Both the position numbers and the translations under genes were made by a program. A stretch of DNA of 27,017 nucleotides, from positions 1-27,017 of the IMG/VR virus record IMGVR_UViG_3300011422_000016. One strand, given 5' to 3'. Below are positions 9,050 through 17,932 of the stretch, in pieces. Source of the stretch: a virus (taxonomy: Duplodnaviria; Caudoviricetes). Under the pieces are notes generated by a model. The model had not been told where the DNA came from. It saw only the letters and a program-made list of their open reading frames with translations, and ran no database searches. Positions within the stretch are counted from its first letter, which is position 1; each line of letters starts with the position of its first letter.

Positions 9050-9411
9050 TAATACGCTCCCGTAGCGATCCACTCGACGTCTACAGGGATTACTGAGAGA
9101 GCAAAAGCATTGCTATAGACAAACAATGTAATGTCTCCTGGTTTAGTACCTGTAGGTATTGCCCGAACGATACAACCACCAGCGACAGGAACCGATCTGA
9201 GACTTGCTACTACATGGGTAACGACACGCAACCCTGTAGATAACACCCGAGTACCTGTTACGGATGTTATATCTGGACCCGGTGCAACGTCAACATACGT
9301 TGCAGTGTTTTCCTGTTGTGCAAGAGCGTCGGTAATACGCTTGAAGTTGTAGTCGATGTAGTCGTTCTGAAACTCTGGTTCGGCTGGAAATGGGAGCAGG
9401 TTAATCCGCAT
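9049..9411 (-). CDS. Hypothetical virion protein (120 aa, beta-rich C-terminus)
   Basis: Coupled to its neighbours; short N-terminal helix (NFKRITDAL) followed by a beta-rich domain ending VEWIATG. Confidence 0.7.
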   Translation of the reverse strand: MRINLLPFPAEPEFQNDYIDYNFKRITDALAQQENTATYVDVAPGPDITSVTGTRVLSTGLRVVTHVVASLRSVPVAGGCIVRAIPTGTKPGDITLFVYSNAFALSVIPVDVEWIATGAY

Positions 9412-9577
9412 CGACCAAATCTTCCCAGCCGGGGTATGAAATCAAGTCGTCCTTGATTTTCTCTTGTACGTCTACAGGGAAATCAGCCAGGTAACTATAA
9501 ACGTAGTCTTTTGTAAGAGCCTCGTTAATTACCGACTGAATTTCTTCCCTCGTAGGAATTACATCGTTCTCGTTCAC
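9401..9577 (-). CDS. Small acidic hypothetical protein (58 aa)
   Basis: Hand translation MNENDVIPTREEIQSVINEALTKDYVYSYLADFPVDVQEKIKDDLISYPGWEDLVDAD*. GTGA overlap with the nozzle stop; exactly fills the gap. Confidence 0.6.
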   Translation of the reverse strand: MNENDVIPTREEIQSVINEALTKDYVYSYLADFPVDVQEKIKDDLISYPGWEDLVDAD

Positions 9578-11109
9578 GGTGCCACCGTATTCGGAGGTTG
9601 GAGAGCTTTTCCACGGAACCGAATTGCATACCCGTAAAGGATATGAGGACCTGTGCTAACGAACGTGCTTCTGATTTGGAGGGTACGGAAGTATCCAGGA
9701 CCTGAAACTTTATCCATTTGCCTATCTACTTTGGTTGTGATCGTTCGCTGAGTTACAGTACCCTTCTCAGGAAGAATATCTACAACCATTGTTCCTGCAC
9801 CAGTTGACTCTATAGCTAACCACTTACTTTTCTTCATGAAACTAAGCTGGTCGAAGTCAAACTCTTTGGTCTTTGCTACACAGGGGTAGTTTTGACCTTG
9901 ATCCTGGTAGACAGGAGTTCCGATCCTGAAAATCTTTCCTGTAGGAGTTCTTGTACCAATGTAAAGCCCTCGGTGATCCGCAGAACAATCTACATCGAGC
10001 ATTGGACCAGCAGTAAAATCTGTCCCTGGTGCTGGAATCCACTCTGTCCAAGTACCAGATGCGAAATGATACACATAGTACTTGTATTGAGCACCAACAG
10101 TATCCCATGTATACGTACCCAATTGATTCCAAACAAACACTTCCCAGCTACCCCAAGTTGGTGCGCTTGGGTAAAACTCTAGAGCGAGAATATACATATC
10201 CTCATAAACAACCCCGGTACTCTTGTTCAGAAAAGCTGGGACAGTCTGTTGATCCAGGAATGCAGGCTCAATATCTCCAGAAATACTCACCAAAGATGTG
10301 CCTGTAGTTCGGTATACCCCCTCTGTACTAAGAAAGTAGACGTAATTCTCGAAGTCGTGGGTTGTATATTTAGACGTACAACCAATTTCTGGCGACAGGT
10401 TACGTAGTACCCATGTAGAAGGTTCCCCGCCTGCGTATAATGCCCAAGATGACGAACTCTTAAATAACAGCAGGATTTCCTGTGTGTTGTGCTGCGATGT
10501 AAGCCTGTCACCATCACCTGGATTTACATCAATAAAATTAGTGCTCACCCACCCAGCAGCACTAAAATCACCAGGAAGAGAAAAATACAGACGAGAAGAA
10601 AGCGTACCAATGCCTTTTGTGTTGAGGACAAAGAGCCTATCCTTAAAAACCCTACAGTGAGTTCCGAATGGGGAGCCAGCAATTGCTGTAGCTGCAACGC
10701 CATTCCACTCTATAACTGTAGCATCTGACCGAACCATGTAGAACTTGTTTACGTACTGAACACCGAACTCTACATTACCCCAGGGGCCACCAGGCATTAC
10801 AGTAAAGGTAAGACCCATATCCGCAGAGTAGTAAACATCATTCCCTGCCCTAACAATAAGCTGTTCTACAGTATCAGTCTCAAACCTACCGAGAATGTTA
10901 ACTGCATTAGCTCCAAGAACACCGCCACCGCTGTATCGCTCAACGTATCCACCACGTTTAACAAGCCCACCATCACGACCTATTAGGTAATTAACAGCAG
11001 TAGTTAGCTGATTATCCTTGATTTTACCCGGTGGCTCAGCGATATTTAGGCCATGAAACGTCTTGAAGTCAAGAACTTGATCGTAAACAAATTTTCGTGA
11101 GTCAGCCAC
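9574..11109 (-). CDS. Tail nozzle / head-stabilisation protein (P22 gp10 / T7 gp12-like beta-propeller)
   Basis: FHGLN...N....DGGLVKRGG start, FKDRLFV, SRLYFS, IGCTS and YFLSTEGVY; follows the adaptor gene. Confidence 0.8.
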   Translation of the reverse strand: MADSRKFVYDQVLDFKTFHGLNIAEPPGKIKDNQLTTAVNYLIGRDGGLVKRGGYVERYSGGGVLGANAVNILGRFETDTVEQLIVRAGNDVYYSADMGLTFTVMPGGPWGNVEFGVQYVNKFYMVRSDATVIEWNGVAATAIAGSPFGTHCRVFKDRLFVLNTKGIGTLSSRLYFSLPGDFSAAGWVSTNFIDVNPGDGDRLTSQHNTQEILLLFKSSSSWALYAGGEPSTWVLRNLSPEIGCTSKYTTHDFENYVYFLSTEGVYRTTGTSLVSISGDIEPAFLDQQTVPAFLNKSTGVVYEDMYILALEFYPSAPTWGSWEVFVWNQLGTYTWDTVGAQYKYYVYHFASGTWTEWIPAPGTDFTAGPMLDVDCSADHRGLYIGTRTPTGKIFRIGTPVYQDQGQNYPCVAKTKEFDFDQLSFMKKSKWLAIESTGAGTMVVDILPEKGTVTQRTITTKVDRQMDKVSGPGYFRTLQIRSTFVSTGPHILYGYAIRFRGKALQPPNTVAP

Positions 11110-11735
11110 TATACCTCTCTTACACTTGGGTAAGATTCGGCATACGGATACTGAGAATCGGCTGCGCTTATACCAGACTTCGCTTCGTAAGACTTCTGGT
11201 AGTAACCAGCAGCAGTAAGATCGTCGTCAAGTTCTTTCGCTCGCATCAGACAGTATTCAACCAAATCTTCGTGCATCTCGTCAGGAAGATCGAAAATTTC
11301 CTGGACGCCAAGCATTAACGCAGAAGGTCTGCGTACATATTCTAACTTGAGATTTCCTACACCCGCTTCCGATTGAGAAGGAATCGGATACAGATTGATA
11401 CTACGACCACTAATATAGTAGTGTAGAACACTCCCTGTACCAGTCTCCACATCTCGGTTCGGGTAATCTCGATTGAGTTCTGCCTTTGTCTTTCGTGTGA
11501 GTCCGTACCCATTCCAAGTAACTCTCGTTTCCAACAGAAAGTCCGGGGCTACAGGGTATTGTGCGTCACCCGCTACAACGTCAATCGGCTGGATTGATTC
11601 TAGGGCTTCTGTACGACGAGCAAGAGCAAGTTGACCGTCATTAGCCCAACGAACAATATCATCAACCATAACGACAACTTCACTCTCGTCCCCAAAGATC
11701 GTGGTTACTCTTGTAACAAGCTCAGGAAGGTTCAT
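11109..11735 (-). CDS. Head-to-tail adaptor protein
   Basis: MNLPELVTRV...IVRWANDGQ, INLYPIP and DLPDEMHEDLVEYC, typical of podophage adaptors. Confidence 0.78.
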   Translation of the reverse strand: MNLPELVTRVTTIFGDESEVVVMVDDIVRWANDGQLALARRTEALESIQPIDVVAGDAQYPVAPDFLLETRVTWNGYGLTRKTKAELNRDYPNRDVETGTGSVLHYYISGRSINLYPIPSQSEAGVGNLKLEYVRRPSALMLGVQEIFDLPDEMHEDLVEYCLMRAKELDDDLTAAGYYQKSYEAKSGISAADSQYPYAESYPSVREV

Positions 11736-12451
11736 GGTTTCACCTTCACAATGAATAAAAGCCCTAAGGCATTTCCTACAGAATTTGCCTGAATACCGAG
11801 AGTATCTCCGTGACCATGGTTTGCACCGGATGGACCAGAACTATGGACGTGACCTAACCCTCTATCTGAGGCACCAGTAGTTCCAGGTAATCCGTGACCA
11901 TGATCCTGGTCTGGAGCACCAGAGTATTGACCACCACCAAAAGCAGTATCTACATGGATGTGAACTTGTTGAGCACCAAATGTAGAACCGCCTAAACCAT
12001 GCAAGTGATCTGGAGCACCTTCACCACCAGTATTTCCGTGACCATGGTTAGCATCTCCGGCAGAGACACCGCCAGTTTTGTTGTGTGGGTGACTTCCAAC
12101 TGGTGCTGTAATTGTGGCAGCAATAACCCCTGCGCCAACAAGCATTTTATCTACAGCACTCGGAAGCTTAAACTGTCCACCACCGGGATCAACGTTATTG
12201 TTATACTTGTGCCCAACCTTTGCAAAGTAGTCAGGATAAGTAGCGGTAGGAACTAAAGCTCCATCTGCGATTACCCACTTTGGATCAGTAGGTGCAACAT
12301 CAAGCGTGTACGGAAGCATAATTCCAAGAGGGAGAACTCCTGCAAAAGCATCATCAATCTTCTGCATGTTGTCACTAATATCTGTAACAACATTGACGAT
12401 ATCAGTTCCAGCAGGTTTGCGTAGGCCAAGAATTGCTGTGAGACTTGCCAC
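11732..12451 (-). CDS. Short tail fibre with tail-collar domain and HxH metal-binding needle
   Basis: LPLGIMLPY...WVIADG...YPDYFAKVG...FKLP collar motif; seven HxH motifs; C-terminal LLFIVKV. Confidence 0.82.
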   Translation of the reverse strand: MASLTAILGLRKPAGTDIVNVVTDISDNMQKIDDAFAGVLPLGIMLPYTLDVAPTDPKWVIADGALVPTATYPDYFAKVGHKYNNNVDPGGGQFKLPSAVDKMLVGAGVIAATITAPVGSHPHNKTGGVSAGDANHGHGNTGGEGAPDHLHGLGGSTFGAQQVHIHVDTAFGGGQYSGAPDQDHGHGLPGTTGASDRGLGHVHSSGPSGANHGHGDTLGIQANSVGNALGLLFIVKVKP

Positions 12452-12918
12452 TAGTCGGTATCCTTAACCTCAGCGGGCCGATCGTCGTAGTACGTGGTGT
12501 TTCCTACCTTGTATTTTGACTTGGGGGAGGCAACGATATGCGCCACAATATCCTGAGTCTCTTCGATCTTTTCCTTATAACGCGCCTGCTCGTTGAGAGA
12601 AGCAACGATGTTGGCGGTATCAAGGTTTGTCAGGATATTCTGTTTGTGCGTGTCGGCCTTGTAGATACGGTCCAGAACTCGGTTATCGAGTTCCCAGAAC
12701 GTAAACACAATTCGATCCACTCCGTCCTTACAATTTTCCACCAGTCGAAACGGAGGCTCTCCGATTCTTGCCTCTGACTCTAGGTACTGAATTCGGAGGT
12801 TCGGATCGTACTCGTTGATCTTACGTGCAATGTCAAGAGCATCACGCTCTACATACACGTCACCCAAGTTGACCAACTTCATCTGTCGAAGTTGTTCCCG
12901 AGTTAACTCACTAGGCAT
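12451..12918 (-). CDS. Hypothetical protein (155 aa)
   Basis: Translationally coupled on both sides; no motif assigned. Confidence 0.75.
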   Translation of the reverse strand: MPSELTREQLRQMKLVNLGDVYVERDALDIARKINEYDPNLRIQYLESEARIGEPPFRLVENCKDGVDRIVFTFWELDNRVLDRIYKADTHKQNILTNLDTANIVASLNEQARYKEKIEETQDIVAHIVASPKSKYKVGNTTYYDDRPAEVKDTD

Positions 12919-13286
12919 TACTTCCCCTGTAGTTTATTGATGTGTGCCTGACGAGGACTGACTTTTCCACCACTCTTTGCCAGCCTACGCTTGATAGCTT
13001 CCTGCTGAACATTTTTGATAGCGGCAGGTCTACGAGACTTGGGCCGTTCTTGATTCTGATGCTGCTTCCAAAGAGCTTGGGGCAAGAGGAAGTTCTTCTC
13101 TCCAAAACCAGTTTTGTCATCCTTCGGTGCAGCTTTCTTGACCTTGGTGATTTCAGGTCCACCCTTACCACCAGATGCAAAACCAGACTTGTTCACACTA
13201 CGATCCAGGTCTTTGATCTGCTTTGAATCCAAACCGGCTTCACTTAGCCGCTTCAAGACCTCAATCTGAGTATCTGACAACGCCAT
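12918..13286 (-). CDS. Basic, Lys-rich hypothetical protein (122 aa), carries the AIxRRL motif
   Basis: Strong AAGGAGA RBS; directly downstream of the major capsid gene. Confidence 0.75.
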   Translation of the reverse strand: MALSDTQIEVLKRLSEAGLDSKQIKDLDRSVNKSGFASGGKGGPEITKVKKAAPKDDKTGFGEKNFLLPQALWKQHQNQERPKSRRPAAIKNVQQEAIKRRLAKSGGKVSPRQAHINKLQGK

Positions 13287-13296
13287 TTTCTCTCCT

Positions 13297-13350
13297 TAAA
13301 ACAGTCAGCGAGGGGTACTCCCGAAAGAGTACCCCCTACTGACAGTTTTA
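13297..13350 (-). terminator. Stem-loop / intrinsic terminator-like element after the major capsid gene
   Basis: Minus strand reads TAAAAC-T-GTCAG-TAG-GGGGTACTC-T-TTCG-G-GAGTACCCC-TCG-CTGAC-T-GTTTTA: 9-bp GC-rich core, UUCG loop, extended outer stem and short U-tract. Confidence 0.75.
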
Positions 13351-13357
13351 CTGAGGT

Positions 13358-14548
13358 TTAACCCTCGGTAATGTCGTCAAGTGAAGCCTGGGCATTACGG
13401 GAAGCCGTCCCGATTTCCCAGTATTGACGCATGATGCCTTCCCAAGCGTCGTAATCGTGAACCCACTTAAGAACGGAACCATCGTCATCCGCCCAATGCC
13501 ATTCCTTGTTACGGTACACCTTGAACTTCGACTCGTCGATGAACCGCATCTTGTTCGGAGGGGCATCAACATCTTCCACCATCGGAACTTCTTTTCCGTA
13601 ATGGAAAGCAAGACCGTTGAAACCACCAGCGAATTCCTTGGTGTCTGCGTAACGACGCTGCTGAGTAAGCAGGTTGAAGTACGCACGACGAACACCAAGA
13701 GAACCAAGAATGAGGCTGGTCTTTCCACCGTTGACCCGAACCAAGTCGCAGGTTTCGATCATCAGACCTTCGGAAAGTGCCCGAGGCGTTCCAGCAGCAG
13801 CCGGATTCGGACGGACAATCGAAGCCCACTTCGGTTGTGCAGCCGGAGTAAGACCATGAAGTCCAGCCGTATCATGGATGATCGCACCGAAACCCGAAGG
13901 CTCACGACCATAGTTACCAGTCCGGTAAAGACCTTCCGCCGCCGTTGCAGCAACATCAGCACCGGAATACGTAACAACACCGGCAGCAGAAATTGCTGTA
14001 ATGAGTCGGTTGGAAGCAACCACCGCACCCGTAGCTCTCGTCAGAATATCAACTGCCATTCCGATTTCGAGGTACTGCGGATTTGCAACCGTAACTGTGT
14101 TTACACCGTCAGCCGTAATTGCCGACAGAAGGCCAGTAGCATCACCGTAAACAACTCGGTTGGAATCCTTCGCCAAGTCGTCCTTGATGCCTTCCATTTC
14201 GTCATCCATTGCGGATGCGAAAGCCTGGTAGTTCTTGTCTGCAAGGTTCATCACCTGTCCGGTCATGCGAACACGACCGTAACCGTAACGAAGCGGAACG
14301 TGAACTTCCGCATAACCCTGCTGACCGGCAGCCATAAGCTGCTCGTTCTCGTTTCGATAGCCAATACCCGTGTTACGAGAAACACGGATAGGGAAATCGA
14401 CGTACTTTCCACCAACGGTTTCGGTAACTCCGTCGGAAGTACGCTCGATTCGCTTGAGAGCTACAGTTTCGTTCTGTAGCTGGGACTCGATGCGAGGCCC
14501 GTAAACCTCTTTGAGAATCGCATCGACTGTCGTCATTGTTGACGGCAT
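13358..14548 (-). CDS. Major capsid protein (HK97 fold, 396 aa)
   Basis: Position after the scaffold, AAGGAG RBS, strong codon bias; ILKEVY.P..ESQL N-terminus, GGKYVDFPI, DLAKDSNRVVYGD and VPMVEDVDAP. Confidence 0.9.
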   Translation of the reverse strand: MPSTMTTVDAILKEVYGPRIESQLQNETVALKRIERTSDGVTETVGGKYVDFPIRVSRNTGIGYRNENEQLMAAGQQGYAEVHVPLRYGYGRVRMTGQVMNLADKNYQAFASAMDDEMEGIKDDLAKDSNRVVYGDATGLLSAITADGVNTVTVANPQYLEIGMAVDILTRATGAVVASNRLITAISAAGVVTYSGADVAATAAEGLYRTGNYGREPSGFGAIIHDTAGLHGLTPAAQPKWASIVRPNPAAAGTPRALSEGLMIETCDLVRVNGGKTSLILGSLGVRRAYFNLLTQQRRYADTKEFAGGFNGLAFHYGKEVPMVEDVDAPPNKMRFIDESKFKVYRNKEWHWADDDGSVLKWVHDYDAWEGIMRQYWEIGTASRNAQASLDDITEG

Positions 14549-14570
14549 TGAATCTCCTTGTCACACTCGG

Positions 14571-15488
14571 TTAGGTCCCGTTGTTTGACTGTTCTAACAA
14601 ACCAGCCACGAAATTCTTTAAGTCTTTGCTGGGAACATTCGCGAGATTCTGTGACTCCTGGGGAACAGTTCCTCCACCACCTAAGGTCGGGGGAGTACGC
14701 TGTTTCTGCTGATACGCAGCTAACTGCTGTTGCATCATGGCCTGATATGCCTTTACTGCATCGGCGGGATCAGCACCATTATACATCTTGGCAAGAACAT
14801 AGTCCTCGTCGAATTCACCAAACTCAGCCTTTAGCTGACTCAGTGTTTGCTCTAGTAAACGATCTTCCTCAGCCTGCTGTGATTCCTGCTGCTGAGAAAG
14901 ATAGTTCTGCGCTAGTGCCTGAAGGATTTGTTCCTGCCGCTGAAGCTGCTGCATAATCGCAGGAGGGAGTTCCTGGAATTCTTGTTCCTCACCAGGATCA
15001 CCCAACGGAACTTGTCCATTGGCTCCTGGAGTTGTACCGCCTGGTTTCTGTGGGTTGAAGTATTCATTCAGGGACTCGTAAATCTTACGGGCTTCGTTGT
15101 CATCTTCCAACATGCGATAAAACTGCATCGCCTGTTCGACCTGTTCCAACTCACCAAACTCTTTATACGGCTTGAGTTGGCCCTGTAACTCACTGAACCT
15201 TCGTGATACTCCCGCATCCCACTTCTTGATGTACGGCTCCAGAATCGTGCGGTGTTCATCTGGAGTGTCTTTGAGAAGGCCCTGAACAAATTCACTGTAA
15301 CCGGAAACATCTGCCGGTCCCTGGTCAACTTCTTGTTCTGTTCCCTCTGCTCCGGTGACTTCGGTTTCTGTACCTGTACCTTCTGTGAACGACATTTGGA
15401 AGGAGTGGAGAGAATCTAAGTTCCAGCTATTCTCTAACCACTCGTTTTCAATTGTCGTCAGAAGGCCCTGGGGACCATCCACGTTCAT
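14571..15488 (-). CDS. Capsid scaffolding protein
   Basis: Acidic, Gln-rich coiled coil directly upstream of the MCP; KKWDAGVSRRF and PPTLGGGG near the C-terminus. Start either 15488 or 15395. Confidence 0.8.
   Translation of the reverse strand: MNVDGPQGLLTTIENEWLENSWNLDSLHSFQMSFTEGTGTETEVTGAEGTEQEVDQGPADVSGYSEFVQGLLKDTPDEHRTILEPYIKKWDAGVSRRFSELQGQLKPYKEFGELEQVEQAMQFYRMLEDDNEARKIYESLNEYFNPQKPGGTTPGANGQVPLGDPGEEQEFQELPPAIMQQLQRQEQILQALAQNYLSQQQESQQAEEDRLLEQTLSQLKAEFGEFDEDYVLAKMYNGADPADAVKAYQAMMQQQLAAYQQKQRTPPTLGGGGTVPQESQNLANVPSKDLKNFVAGLLEQSNNGT
15379..15465 (-). repeat. Long imperfect inverted repeat (87-nt hairpin) in the 5' part of the scaffold gene
   Basis: Nested pairings CCTTCTG/CAGAAGG, ACGACA/TGTCGT, TTG/CAA, GAGTGG/CCACTC and AGAGAAT/ATTCTCT around a 13-nt loop. 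Confidence 0.85.
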
Positions 15489-15563
15489 CTATTCTCTTTC
15501 TCGATGGGCTATGCTCTAACCCTACTCAGTAGACGTGAAGCTGTCGCTACAGGTTGAAAAGAA

Positions 15564-15833
15564 TTACTGCTTGATACCCGATCTGAAATCGTTCAGTCGG
15601 ATTGCGTAAACGAGGTCATTGTACGTCATCTTATTCAACTGTGCAGCCGAATAAGTGACAGCATTGATCGCTGTCAGACGTGCCCGCATAGCACCGATCC
15701 CGTCAAGATCATCATAGTCCGGCGGAACCTGCGGGTTTGTGCCAGTATTTCCAGTGATGTTTGTCTTGTTGTTCACACCACCAATACCAGCAATGGTAAC
15801 TCCATGAGGGTTTCCAATCTGATGATCGGCCAC
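15564..15833 (-). CDS. Hypothetical head-module protein (89 aa)
   Basis: GTG start directly after the upstream TAA; LNKMTYNDLVYAIRL C-terminus; lies between portal and scaffold. Confidence 0.72.
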   Translation of the reverse strand: MADHQIGNPHGVTIAGIGGVNNKTNITGNTGTNPQVPPDYDDLDGIGAMRARLTAINAVTYSAAQLNKMTYNDLVYAIRLNDFRSGIKQ

Positions 15834-16004
15834 TTACTTACCTTTCGTCATCCGACGTTGAATTGCGGAATTTGCAATGCGAACTGCTTTTCCTTCATCA
15901 CCCGTCTTACCAAGAACTGAGTTGGCTACAGATGACCATGCCGAGGCTTTATTACCCGTCGCTTTCTTCGTGTGTTTCATTGCGTCGTTCGGGTTCCACG
16001 GCAT
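15834..16004 (-). CDS. Small basic ChaB-like protein (56 aa), carries the AIxRRM motif
   Basis: Hand translation MPWNPNDAMKHTKKATGNKASAWSSVANSVLGKTGDEGKAVRIANSAIQRRMTKGK*. TAATG overlap with the portal stop. MPW...W..VAN..L...GDEG.A.RIA pattern is ChaB-like. Missing from the ORF track. Confidence 0.75.
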   Translation of the reverse strand: MPWNPNDAMKHTKKATGNKASAWSSVANSVLGKTGDEGKAVRIANSAIQRRMTKGK

Positions 16005-17932
16005 TAAACGTTAGCCTCAGCTTTCTCTGGATTTCCTCCGGGTCCACCAGGAGGCGGTTGCTGCTGTTGCTGGGGCATTTGATCGGGATTTGGAAGTTGC
16101 TGTCCTGGGACTGTTTGGACACCCATTGACGCTGCGAGAACGTTTTTGTGCGTCTGTACGTGCTGTTGAAAAATAGCCTTGAGTTCATCTGGCAGATTTT
16201 CATACGCTTGGCGCTTCCTGTAATTGTTATGCTCAAGCATATGAATCTCGTGGTTATCCCAGTCATTGACCGGAATTGGAGCACCCTGGGCCATTTTCAG
16301 GTTTTCTCGCTGAGCTTGGCGAGAATCAACCTGGATTTCCTCGTACAGTTTGGAAGTCTCCGCCATATCTAAGTATCGCAGAGCACGGTCTGGAGTTATC
16401 CAGCCCATCTTTCCAAGTTCTGTAATAAACGCTTGCTTTGCTGCGCGACTTCTAGGTGTAGCTGAACCAGCTTCGATCCTAAGATCAGTGTTGCCACGAA
16501 TATCGGCTTTAGATAGCTCAAAGGATTCATACTGACCATCATCTCCTACCACTTTGACGATGCGAGGTAAATCCCAGAACTGTTGTACGTGCGACAGAGT
16601 ATGTCGTCCGATCCTCTCAACGGCTTCCTCAATTGAGGTAATCGTCGGAGCCAACTTCGTATCATCTGATTCTTGAAGATAGCTGATTGCTGTAGCCGCA
16701 GTTACACCAGAAGGAACCTGGCCCTTGGAAATCTCATGCTGACCTGAAATATCCTGCATATCCAACTTGATCGACTGAATCTGCTCCATGACGTATGTAG
16801 GCAAATTCGTAAGCGGAATTGGTGTAGGAGGTTGATATCCAGGCTGGTAGAGAATGATTAGGCCAGGCTCAGAAGTGACCTTGTTTGTATCAATCGAACC
16901 CTTCTGTGCAGCTAGCTGAGGTTTTGCCATTCGATTTTTAGCTTCGATGATCTGAGAAATCGAACGATTAAGCTCACGCTGTAACGGGATCAAATCATTG
17001 ATGACGGAATCACCATAGAAACGACCTGTAGGAATGTGGTCAATCTTCGTGAAAGGATACTGACCATGCTGGTAGACAAACCCGTTCTCTTCAAGATTCA
17101 GAATAGTGCTTCCTGCCCATGTTACTACAGCACCATTCTTAAACTTCTGACAGGGCTTGATCCAAGCTTCTTTTACCGTTACGTACGATTTTGGTGCAGA
17201 CTCAATCCCCAGAGCGTTGAGGAATCTTTGTTCTAAAAGACCAGAACCTGAGGTTGAATCTGCACCAACCTTTTTGCCATAAAGCCCCTCAACGTATTCG
17301 GGACTCTTAGCAAGACAGTGAATGATGTAGGGCTGATTCTCTAAATCCTCTTCCTGTGGGTCAGGGATATAGATATGAAACGCTGTAACAGGCTCAACCT
17401 TAATTGTACCAGCTACACCATCCGGGCCTACAGTATCCGGCTCATACCAATCCTTGATGAAACTTGACCCACAAAGAAGAGTCCAGAAAATGCTCCTTCG
17501 CATCACTTTGTTGGCTTCCATGACATACCTCTGATACTCAAAGATATTCTCTGCCGCTCTTGCAGCAGCAGTATCCTGGTCATCAGAAGTAGACGGTACA
17601 ACGAAAGCCTGCGGACGTTCTTTAATGCACTTGGAAAGTTCGGTACGAATGATTGGGCGAATCTGGTTCGTAATTAACCGAACTCGCCAAGGGGGTGCAG
17701 GAGGTTCCCATAACCGAGTCAGCCCCGTAGCAGTTCCTGGTGCCCAAACTGCGTACTGGCGACCAAAATAGAAGGCTAGATTGAGATACCATTGCTTCTC
17801 AAACTGCTGACGAGCTTTCCTTGCTCTGTTGAAAAGTCCATCCACGTAAGCAATAATTTCAGCATCCCGAGCAGACTGAAGCAGGGCATTCATGTTGTTG
17901 CCCTGAAGTTCTGTTTCCTCAAGAAGTGTCAT
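16004..17932 (-). CDS. Portal protein (P22-like, 642 aa)
   Basis: WYLNLAFYFGRQY, NQIRPII, YPF...GRFYGDSVINDLIPLQRELN and SGVTAATAISYLQESD; Gln/Pro-rich tail; follows the terminase block. Confidence 0.9.
   Translation of the reverse strand: MTLLEETELQGNNMNALLQSARDAEIIAYVDGLFNRARKARQQFEKQWYLNLAFYFGRQYAVWAPGTATGLTRLWEPPAPPWRVRLITNQIRPIIRTELSKCIKERPQAFVVPSTSDDQDTAAARAAENIFEYQRYVMEANKVMRRSIFWTLLCGSSFIKDWYEPDTVGPDGVAGTIKVEPVTAFHIYIPDPQEEDLENQPYIIHCLAKSPEYVEGLYGKKVGADSTSGSGLLEQRFLNALGIESAPKSYVTVKEAWIKPCQKFKNGAVVTWAGSTILNLEENGFVYQHGQYPFTKIDHIPTGRFYGDSVINDLIPLQRELNRSISQIIEAKNRMAKPQLAAQKGSIDTNKVTSEPGLIILYQPGYQPPTPIPLTNLPTYVMEQIQSIKLDMQDISGQHEISKGQVPSGVTAATAISYLQESDDTKLAPTITSIEEAVERIGRHTLSHVQQFWDLPRIVKVVGDDGQYESFELSKADIRGNTDLRIEAGSATPRSRAAKQAFITELGKMGWITPDRALRYLDMAETSKLYEEIQVDSRQAQRENLKMAQGAPIPVNDWDNHEIHMLEHNNYRKRQAYENLPDELKAIFQQHVQTHKNVLAASMGVQTVPGQQLPNPDQMPQQQQQPPPGGPGGNPEKAEANV

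Noticed and set aside
13348-13365. Possible programmed frameshift at the capsid gene end (GAG GGT TAA followed by a hairpin)
   Set aside because: No X XXY YYZ slippery heptamer, and the overlapping 13348..13728 frame stops within a few codons.
13424-14479. 351-aa + strand ORF antisense to the major capsid gene
   Set aside because: In codon register with the MCP. Strong codon bias in highly expressed genes removes antisense stops. No RBS or protein-like motif.
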